Shown here: positions 54,095-64,000 of the stretch, piece after piece
How positions within the stretch are numbered: the stretch's first letter is position 1
How the letters are laid out: every line of letters begins with the position of its first letter
NCBI GenBank assembly: GCA_963924565.1
Contig: OZ004612.1
Location: 32,922,001-32,986,000 of the forward strand
Origin: Ascidiella aspersa
Taxonomy: Eukaryota
Length of the DNA: 64,000 bases
Direction of reading: 5' to 3'
Position numbers and translations under genes: made by a program
The notes under the pieces: generated by a model
Told to the model about the DNA's origin: nothing
Database searches by the model: none
The model's input: the letters and a program-made list of their open reading frames with translations, nothing else

Positions 54095-57000
54095 TCAACA
54101 AAACAAACGCGTAACAATGGCTGCGATTGTGACGTGGAAGCTGTAGACAATGGCTGAGTCGGTGACCACGTGACTAGTTCCAATATTTCTTGGGGTGGTG
54201 GCGGGTAACAGCGCCGCTGGTGGATAAACACAAGAAGTAAGCACTCTATGTTTAGATTGCGAAACAATTGTTGATGATAAATATGGTTTAGCGCATAGCG
54301 TGGTAAAGCTACTCAGTAATTTGACATCTGTCAGGAATATAGCAAATGTATAATACAACTCATGTGTCCGTGCTTGTACTCACAAAATGCAACTGTGGGA
54401 GAGGGCAGGCACTTCTCGTAAAGCACAAGTACGTCATCAATCGCTATGTCACCCTCGTATCCATTGTCTTGTGTGATTTGCGCCTCGAATACTATCTGTG
54501 ACGTAACAACAATAGACGATTAGTTACGCGTAGTTACATTTAACTCCAGGTTTATGTTTGTAGTTGTTATTTTGTGAAAAAGTAAGAAAGTTATTTTTTC
54601 AGTCACCCAAAAAGCAACGGTTTCTGCATCCAACAGCTGTGTTACACTGATTAGAAGTTAATTATGTTAGTATCTATATATTGACTGACTTGGTAGGCGG
54701 TGCCGGCGAGCAGATTGACCCTCGCTTGCAGCCAGGAGTCCGCTTGCGGTCCGGTCCTTGACCAAACCTCCGTCATGTTGTCAGTCCCCACAAAAGCTTG
54801 CAGAACCCGCAACTTGCCTGGAATACGTGATGTAAACTTTAAATAATACGTTTCTTTGACTGATTCTATGCAAGTGTGATTCATTATTTTCTCATTTATC
54901 CCTGTTATTGCAAACCAATTAAACAAATAGTGGATTACCGATGTGCCTTCCCTTCATGTGGTAAACGAACTTGAGGCAATGTTCGAACGAACTTCGGTCG
55001 TAAAATGTCGGGCTCAACAACCGCGCTCTGGCGCCCTTGTGCGGCGTAGAAGATTCGATGAACATATATCCGCCTGTGACGTAACAAACACGTTGAAATA
55101 GGTGCTTGTGACGCAACAGACACGCTTGAATAAACTAGCCATCACATATGATATGTGCACATCTGTGGAAAGGAAGTTAAAAATACTACACCAGGATGAA
55201 CTTAAGACAAAGTGCTAGGGTTTCATTTGTAAATTATAAGTGAAATGAAAGCTGCGATCGCTGCCACGTTTCAAACCTTGGTCTCGTTGCTGAAGTTTCA
55301 TGAGCAAGTTGAAACTTTATAATCTGGTTAGTTGCTGATCTAAGACTGTTTATAAAAACAGATAAAACATAAAATCATTTATTAAAATTTACAAGTTAGT
55401 TGCTGGCTGTTACTTTAAATTACGCAAAGGTTGAGCGCGTGTCTTACTGAACACCCCTGTTGTACCCCACACCCCCAAATAACCCCCAAACACCCCCTAC
55501 CGTGTGGGTCGGAGTTGGTCTTGTCCTGCCTGGGGCCGGTGTTTGGGGTTCGTCTTGCTTGATTGCCCACGTAATTCCAAACCCAATCAAACTCATCAGC
55601 GACATCTTGTGAGAAGGAGCATATCTTGGCGCTGTCGAAGGGACAGAAGAAGGGGCGACCTGCAAATAACCCGGGAAAACACCTTTAACCCCGTGGATCA
55701 CAAAATAACGACAAAATATTTACCGCTTGGGTGAAGCGTTGGCCCCACTCCGTTCACATCCCCTGCAAAATGTGGTATGCGGTCAAATAAATGTGGTATG
55801 CGGTCAACACACCCTTATGCTTAACCTACTTTCACTCCTGACGTCAATCATCGTCTTGCTTGCGTCACCGTAACCTAGCAACGTCTTGGGGGTGACCTCT
55901 ACTTCGTACTGGCCGCTCACAAGGTCATTCAGCTTGCACGTGACCAGCTCCCCGTAGTTGAGCGTAGCTGTGGAAGTGAACGTGTTAGTTTGACAATAAG
56001 TTCCAGGGGTCTGGGGTTCGAACCTGGCAGGAGTCTGTGCTTTTCCGTCCATGGAACCGGCGTCGATTCAGGTCCAGTGTTCCCGTCACGCTTCATCGCT
56101 TTCCCGATCTCCCGCCATCTCACTCTGCGAATCACGTGACATACGTCATTATGTACTATGACGTCACTGCGTTCCTAAGGTTTAGTTCGATCCAAACTAT
56201 ATTCTCCTATGTTTATGACATCATAACAGCTACCTGTATTCCAGAACGGGGTCAACAGAGTCCGGGTTCTTTTGCGTCCAGGAGAGAAGGTAAGCGAAAG
56301 TTCCGGGTGCAGAATCGACCTGCGGGAAAGCTCTGAGCGAATCCCTTCGCAATATCTCGGGCGGGAAAGCGCGGCCTGTGAGGTTTATCGAGCATCTTCC
56401 GCTTCCAACCTCGTTGTAAACATCACAAGTGTACAAGCCGTAGTTAGCTGGGCTCAGGTTCAACAACTCGATCCCGTGCGACGATTTGTAGCGGGCGATC
56501 GTCACGTTGTCTTTCTTCCAAACGTAAGTCAAGTTGCTGCAAAAAAAGTAAGTCCAACAGGACATACGCTTATACAGGTTTGCGTCACAATAAACGCACC
56601 TGAACGGACTTGCGTCACAGCATACGCACTTGAATGGACTTGCGTCACAACGTACGCACCTGAACGGACTTGCGTCAACAACATACGCACCAGAACGGAC
56701 TTGAGTCACAACATACGCACCTGAACGGACTTGCGTCACAACATACGCACCTGAACGGACTTGCGTCAACAACATACGCACCAGAACGGACTTGCGTCAC
56801 AACATACGCACCTGAACGGACTTGCGTCACAACATACGCACCTGAACGGACTTGCGTCAACGACATACGCACCTGAACGGACTTGCGTCAACGACATACG
56901 CACCTAAACGGACTTGCGTCACAACATACGCACCTGAATGGACTTGCGTCAACGACATACGCACCTAAACGGACTTGCGTCACAACATACGCACCTGAAC

Positions 57001-60000
57001 GGACTTGCGTCAACAACATACGCACCTGAACGGACTTGCGTCAACGACATACGCACCTGAACGGACTTGCGTCAACGATATACGCACCTGAACGGATTTG
57101 CGTCAACGACATACGCACCTGAACGGACTTGCGTCAACGATATACGCACCTGAACGGACTTGCACTAACGACGCACCTGAACGGACTTGCGTCAACGACA
57201 TACGCAACTAAACGGACTTGCGTCAACGACATACGCACCTGAACGGACTTGCTTCAACGACATACGCAACTAAATGGACTTGCGTCAACGACTTATGCAC
57301 CTGAACGGACTTGCGTCAAAGACATACGCACCTGAACGGACTTGCGTCAACGACATACGCAACTAAACGGATTGGCGTCAACAACATACGCAACTAAATG
57401 GACTGGCGTCAACGTCATACGCACCTGAACGGACTTGCGTCACAACATACGCACCTGAAAGGACTTGCGTCACAACATACGCACCTGAACGGACTTGCGT
57501 CAACGACATACGCACCTGAACGGACTTGCGTCAACGACATACGCACCTAAACGGACTTGCGTCACAACATACGCACCTGAACGGACTTGCGTCAACGACA
57601 TACGCACCTAAACGGACTTGCGTCACAACATACGCACCTGAACGGACTTGCGTCAACAACATACGCACCTGAACGGACTTGCGTCACAACATACGCACCT
57701 GAACGGACTTGCGTCAACGACATACGCACCTAAACGGAATTGTGTCACAACATACGCATCTGAACGGACTTGCGTCAACGACATACGCACCTAAACGGAC
57801 TTGCGTCACAACATACGCACCTAAACGGACTTGCGTCACAACATACGCACCTGAACGGACTTGCGTCAACGACATACGCACCTAAACGGACTTGCGTCAA
57901 CAACATACGCACATGAACGGACTTGCGTCAACGACATACGCACCTGAACGGACTTGCGTCAACGACATACGCACCTAAACGGACTTGCGTCACAACATAC
58001 GCACCTGAACGGACTTGCGTCAACGACATACGCACCTAAACGGACTTGCGTCACAACATACGCACCTGAACGGACTTGCGTCAACAACATACGCACCTGA
58101 ACGGACTTGCGTCAACGACGTTGCAAGTGAGGGTTTGGCTTGTTCCTGTTCTTTTCCTGATGTTGGTGAAAGGTTGATCAACTGTCGGAGCATCTGTTGA
58201 ATCAAATAAATGTTTGTAATTGGGCGTCCGTTACGAGATATCAAATTATCGATCACTGAGTTGGTGTCGGTGTTGTGCAAAAGTGTAAGCGATTCCATAG
58301 TTATCTTAATGTCCAAGGCTGTGTTTCGGCAACTTAAAGGAGTGTGTTAATGGTAGGATTGCATTTATTGTAATGCAGATTAGCATTAACAACCTCATTG
58401 TTTAGCATTTCTTCCTTTTGATTTACGGAGGATTAGTAACCTATATTTATCCCGAATACGAACCCTAAGTTATCGCGCCTCGCCCACTTTACAATCCCAA
58501 GCGCAAAAATCAAATCCGCTCAACACGTGGTTCTCACTTTGACCTCGACATTATAATTCGACCTTGAAGAATGGCGCAAAGCCACTAAAGAGAATCTTAT
58601 TTTGCCTCCAAATGTTCACTTCACAGCCGCTAATTGTGTCTGTGTGAGTTTTATGTTGAACTCACAAAGAACTTGGAGCTCGACCGAGTCTTCAAACCCT
58701 CGCTTCCTTAAACTGCTGAATCCGTTGAACCTTGCTGGAGAGCAGAAGTAGAATCCCGCGTCTTCACGACTCACACTGGAGATGTTTAGGCGGCCGTCCT
58801 GTCAAGCAACGACAGACAAGCTGGTGTGTTGTTCGTTTACAAATAGTAAAAACAATATTTGTAAGTAAAGTCAAAAAGTAAAACAGCTTTTAGCCCTATC
58901 TAAAACATATTGATGAAATTTCAGACCATGAAAATAATCAAGCTTTTGTTGTTGTAACCTAGCAACCAGTGACGTCACCCACCTTAACAACGTCCTCCAC
59001 GTTTCCGCTCGGCATCGTCAGGTTTTCCTCCCGTCGCCAAGCAACCGACGCGCGCGGTGTTCCCATGGCAACGCACTCCAGGCTCGTTTGCGCCCCCTCG
59101 CGGGCAACCACCGTCGCAACTTTAGTTCGAACGCTAGAGGGCGCTACAACGAACAATAAACCCCCAATGTGAGAAAAGTATTGTATTTATTTGTTTTTGC
59201 GGAATCTTTTGGTTTTGAACCTGATTTGATTTGCATCGAATGAAAGCGACATTTGCTTCGTTTGGTTTCACTTAATTCGATTCCATCCAAGGAATCAGGT
59301 TTGTGAGATCTTGGCTCATAAATAAATAATGATTCTCTGCAACTGAGTTCATGTTCACAACAAAAAGCAAAAGCCTAGAATCGTGCTTTAGCGCACAAAT
59401 AACAGTCGATCGCAACAGCTGGAATCAATGGGTTAAAGTTTGCTTTGTATGACGTCATTACCAATAAAAAGCGATTACGTCAACAACCTAAACCACGACA
59501 TTACAAACAAGTGTTGACGCTATTTGACCTGAGTCTGAAACAAAGTGTTTACGCTTTAAGAATATTTGACCTGAGTCTGGACTTATGGTGATTGTGGCGG
59601 ACACCGAAAGGTTGGTGTTTCCCCGAAGTCTTCCCTCGCAAACATACTGGCCGTAGTCGTCACGTGACAAGTCCCCGATCTGTAGACGACTGTCAACAAA
59701 CAAACACCTTAGTTACATCAGATTGTGACGTCACAGCACATCGTACCTTGACTTCTCGGGGAAGGTGAATCCCCTTTCCACCTCCTCTTCATCAAGTGAC
59801 GTCACGATGACGTTTCTAACGATTCGATCGAGAACGCGGATTCTTTCGTAGTTTGAGTTCTGTGGGAGTTTGTAAAAATCTTAATTCCAACCTTTTTGAC
59901 AAACCAAACAAAAATGTAACTAGATTGCCACACGCATAATACATTTCCTCTAAGTCAGGGGTTCCCAACCTTTTTACGATCTCGTACCACTTGGACGCTC

Positions 60001-63000
60001 TGTATTGCCATGCGTACCACTTCTTGCGGAACAACTAATTTGCTAGACCAGTGTTTCTTAACCTTTTTGTAAATTTTCTTATGCCTTGCACCGCCAAAAT
60101 TGGTTAATGTTTTCGTAAACCCCATGAAAAGCAATTCGGCATTTTCAATTAAATATCACTAAGACAACTTGAAAATAGTCAAGTCTGTTGTCGGTCGCGC
60201 GAAGCGCGAAAAAAATAGGTTGAATTGGCGCTAAAGTACAATTTTGCAGGGCAATTTGTTGAAAAACATTAGGGCAATTTGTCGGAAAACCTGTTTTAAA
60301 CCAGCAATTCAGCATGTTTCATGGCTACATTAATTTTCAGAAATAAATACAACGTATCGCCTAAAAGTCTTGTTAAAGGTATAAGGAACTAACTCGAAAT
60401 GCAAAAAAGGGGACATTTGGACACTTTTGAGCGTCCTCGGTGGACCATTCAGTTTTCTTGAAAAAAGAGGACATATGGTAGGCCTAACTATGCTCCTTGT
60501 CGTCAATTGACATGGCCTGCATTTTAAAGATCGCATTGTTTCGAAACAACAGGAATAGTTACGTAACAATAAGAATGGGCTTCGGGGAAAATTATTTTAT
60601 GTAAACAAAATATAAAGTTGTGAATGCAGGTTTTGTGAAAAAAAACGGAAGCTACTCGCGTACCACCTGAAAAACCTTCGCGTACCACTAGTGGTACGCG
60701 TACCACAGGTTGGGAACCCCTGCTCTAAGTGGTTTGCTGTGATGTCACAAATAAAAATACATTCATTAACTTTAAACAATTTAGAACAATATTGTTCGAC
60801 AATCATGAACATTACACAATAATTGTATCAAGAACGCTTTAGTTTTCCTAGTCCTGAAGTAAAATTAGTGAAAAAGTCGCAGCGCATTGCTTATACGTTA
60901 TGTTATATATTTTTGTTTGAGAATGCGGTGAACATATGTTGTCAAAGCAACTAGATGGCCAGGTTATAGATGGTTGGTCCCCTTGGTAAAATAACGGTGA
61001 CGTCATAACATAACGTAAATAAGAACAAATAATCCTCGGGACTTGTTATGGGTATACACTCTACTACTTCGGAAATAAATTGGCGGGCTTTCAAAACAAT
61101 TGAGGGGTGAAAAAGATTTTCTGGCTATGATTGCTATTTTTTTGGTCTTTTCGCCGAAAAAGTTCTCACAAAGTTCAAACAAAGATTTAGGGGAGGAACA
61201 CCCACGTGTTTGCTATATCCAATGAGTGATACGCATTCATGTGGAAGAGGGCTAATGCGTGCTTATAAGGCAACTCCGAGATAACATATGAGCGGGTTCA
61301 AACAAAGAGTTTGACATACCAGTTTAAACCATGAATACTCGAGCTCAGAATAGGGCGAAGCGTCAGCGTGGCACGTGATCTTTGCTTCGCTGTGAACAAC
61401 CAATCGGAGGTCGTCACGCCTGAGTTCCGGTGTGATCCAGTAAATCATTGGACCGATGTCTGAACAAAGTTAAGTTTAAGTCGGTTTTAATGAGTTAAGT
61501 TAGTTGTCGAACTTGTGCTGACTTACATCTCACGGCGAGTTTAGTTGATTTTCGCACAGGAAGTCCAACGCCGTTGCTTCCAACACAGAAGTAAGTTCCA
61601 CTGTCCGACAACTGCACGCTGTTGATGCGGAGAGTTGCCCTGAAACAAACACATGCACGATAAGTGAAAAACACTTTAATTTACACACTCGGTTCAACGT
61701 TAGCTGTTTTATTGTTCGCTACATATTTCTTGAAAGTAGTTTTCTCACAAACGTTTCTTCGCTTTATTTTGTTCCAAACCTTTTTCCCCCGACCTCGGCA
61801 CTTGGAGGAAGTTCCCCGTCTAGTCGGACCCACGTGATCGTCGGGCGCGGGAAGCCGTTTATCACGTCACAAGTGATCTTGACGCGGTCTCCTACGTCAA
61901 CAACGAGGTTCTCGGAAGTCCTAAGGGCGATTTCAGGAGGAACTGCAGCGAGCAAGTGGAAGTTAAGGTTAGTAACCTGCATTAACCTGCATTAACCTAA
62001 TTGTGCTTTCTTACCTATCTGCGATGTGTAGGTGAAGTTGGCTCGCGTGTCCTTGACGTTGTAAGCCTTCTCACCTCCGATAGAAGCTCGGCAGATGTAG
62101 TTGCCGTAATCGTTAGAGTTGGCGTTCTTGATCTTAAGCACAACTGAAGAAATCCCGGGTTTGTAGGGGTCAGATGTGCGTACACTGGGACCTAAAGGGT
62201 TAATAAGGGTCAGATGTGCGTACACTGGGACCTAAAGGGTTAATATGGGTCACATGTAAAAGCAGTGTTGATAGTAAAATATTTAAAAGCAGTGGTTAGG
62301 GTTTGTGTTAAACACGCATGGGTGATGAAATTTTACCGTTCATCTTCCCAGGTTTGATTTTCCTTCCGTCTTTCCACCAAGTAAATGTTGCCGCTGGATT
62401 ACTCCGAACTTCGCAACTTAAATAAACTGTATTTTCGAACCAAATGCTGCTTCGCGATGTTTCAGCTCTGCTTGGGTGGATCGACAATTTCGGGGTGTCC
62501 AGGTCTGTGACGACATAATAACATATTATGGAGCGCGGCGACAGTTAGTAACATCTTGATCTTAAGTAACCCCGCACTCACATAGTACTTTGATGGTCTT
62601 GGTGGTGACCTCAAGTAACCCCACACTCACATAGTACTTTGATGGTCTTGGTGGTGACCTCAAGTAACCCCGCACTCACATAGTACTTTGATGGTCTTGG
62701 TGGTGAGAGCAGGATTGCCGATCCCATTGTCGGCTCTGCAAGTTACTCTTCCTCCTTCGGTCCTCCTGATCTTCCTGATGTTCAAGCGAGGATTCCAAGG
62801 ATCCAACTTCCTCCTGACGATAACGATATTATTATATTTGTGTAATCCCGGTAAAGGTTGTGATATTTGTCTAGTGTTGTGCCAACCCTACTGCACACTA
62901 AACTGTGGTTTAAACCCAAACCAACGTGGTCTACCGAGCAAGGTTTTTAAGATAACAAGTAACCAATTTTTACCATCACGGCTTGACGTCATAATTGCCA

Positions 63001-63163
63001 TGACGTCATTATTGTACTTACCTCGTCAGAGCCCCAGCTACGAACGACCACCTCACCAACGGCCGGGGATGTCCCTCTGCTGCACACGCCATAGCTACGT
63101 CATCAAACTCCTTGACGACGATGTACTCTGACGAAGTGGGCTCAATGCGAACCTTTGGTCGCC
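54095..63163 (-). CDS. MDGA: MDGA-type protein (6 Ig, FN3, MAM, GPI-like tail), 5'-partial, about 965 aa. Exons 63022-63163, 62680-62813, 62337-62504, 62015-62191, 61780-61942, 61527-61639, 61320-61459, 59747-59859, 59571-59689, 58983-59143, 58666-58798, 58097-58193, 56234-56536, 56024-56124, 55830-55967, 55724-55762, 55501-55659, 54939-55073, 54690-54817, 54384-54495, 54095-54216
   Basis: 21 phase-consistent GT-AG exons. Ig1 CAAEGHPRPLVRW; Ig6/FN3 YGLYTCDVYNEVGSGRC...GRAFPPE...LSWTQKNPDSVDPVLEY; MAM CPFDSAKICSFSQD...PNTGP...GYMFIESS...GDIAIDDV; hydrophobic C-terminus. An alternative in-frame last acceptor exists at 54327. Confidence 0.92.
56570..58118 (-). repeat. 30/31-bp minisatellite (about 50 units), each unit being the MDGA exon end plus 5' splice site
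   Basis: Minus-strand unit (t)gacgcaagtccgttcag|gtgcgtatgt(t/c)gt; the first copy overlaps the coding DASPF end of exon 58097-58193. Confidence 0.97.
59956..60722. mobile_element. hAT (Charlie-like) non-autonomous element, possibly composite
   Basis: 15-bp TIR caggggttcccaacc / ggttgggaacccctg; perfect TSD ctctaagt; internal second left-end-like cagtgtttcttaacc at 60049. Confidence 0.92.
62168..62252 (-). repeat. 40-bp duplication spanning an MDGA 3' splice site
   Basis: ggtcagatgtgcgtacactgggacctaaagggttaata occurs twice; acceptors before 62191 and 62231. Confidence 0.9.
62563..62706 (-). repeat. 49-bp tandem repeat (about 3 copies) spanning an MDGA 5' splice site
   Basis: Three cta t|gtgagt donors at 62679, 62630 and 62581. 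Confidence 0.92.
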
Positions 63164-63816
63164 CTGGAAACATCGCTACGTCACTCAACGACGAGTGTAT
63201 TACGTCACAGGTGTCGGGAGTTATTTGTGTTTGAATTGTTTGACCAATCATAAGCCGAGGATGAACAAGATGGCGAAACGCGGTTCCTATTAGGAGCATT
63301 TTTTACAGAGAGTTTATTGATTTTTGTTGTGCATCGGTTTCAGTGGAAAAAAACGAAGTTGCTAATTAACGGTGCGCGCTGTGCTCCCCAGTCATTAATA
63401 ATAAATGAGCTCACAAGGCCTCTAGTGCTACTTACAACGACATAATTGATGGAAAAGCATTGTAGGAGTGAGATGTTATCGATCACGACAAGCTAATGTC
63501 CCCACAGGACACGTCATAATGACCACAATCACTGTCACGTCATAATTAACTGCTTGACCAAGCGCGCTGGTCAAACGTCAACAAGTTACCCGAAGATTCC
63601 TAGAGATTCTTCCGAATGGGGTTAGGGTTAAACTTGTTTATTTGGTTGAATAGCAATGGATTTGCATAATAAGTCAGTTAAAACTACAAATGTTTACTAT
63701 ACATATATATTTACCACAAACGCGGTTAAAAAGACGTCCCTCTTATTTATTGACGCTAGTTTTAACTTGAAATCCTAATTTATTTAGGAGCATAATGGTT
63801 GGAGGTTGTAGTAAGA

Positions 63817-63991
63817 CGTAATAAGAATATCAAAGCCCATACAGAAGTAGGTATCATTTTGGACGTTTCGAATGACTCTTTATTCATTTTCAACCATTCC
63901 ATTTACAAAATTGGTTGAAAATGAATAAAGAGTTATTCGAAACGTCCAAAATGATACCTACTTCTGTATGGGCTTTGATATTCTTATTACG
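63817..63991. repeat. Near-perfect inverted repeat with 80-bp arms (foldback/MITE-like)
   Basis: 63817-63896 is the reverse complement of 63912-63991 with one mismatch; 15-nt loop. Confidence 0.95.
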
Positions 63992-64000
63992 CCTGATTTA

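Noticed and set aside
55804-56135. Apparent frameshift in the MDGA FN3 domain
   Set aside because: Resolved by a 56-nt GT-AG intron (55968-56023) with a ctaac branch point
58020-58316. 98-aa ORF as an MDGA exon
   Set aside because: Wrong frame; the true exon is 58097-58193 (YAPTVDQPF...)

Overview
AT-rich, intron-rich animal genomic DNA. It is probably ascidian/tunicate, inferred from the compact genes, 55-70 nt introns, hAT-type MITEs and pervasive TGACGTCA-like motifs. Four protein genes were reconstructed by hand with phase-consistent GT-AG exons: (1) the 3' end of KLHDC3 (+, 193-1505, missed by the ORF track); (2) a complete 12-exon SLC38/SNAT amino-acid transporter (-, 14050-29174, about 534 aa); (3) a 4-exon Hes/hairy bHLH-Orange-WRPW repressor (-, 40279-41724) with a CSL-site-rich upstream region; (4) a 21-exon MDGA-type 6xIg-FN3-MAM-GPI gene (-, 54095-63163, signal-peptide exon not found). 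Also present: a probable spliced non-coding host gene (+, about 3025-7210) with candidate C/D and H/ACA-like RNAs, a decayed PARP fragment, several MITEs, tRNA-derived SINE-like heads, an inverted pair of Penelope-type minimal hammerhead motifs and an 80-bp-arm palindrome. The most unusual pattern is that intronic tandem repeats in three different genes are built from the splice junction itself, up to about 50 tandem copies of a 5' splice site. Several acceptors also have a GTTACGTCACAG motif where a polypyrimidine tract is expected. Most other ORFs in the track are artefacts.
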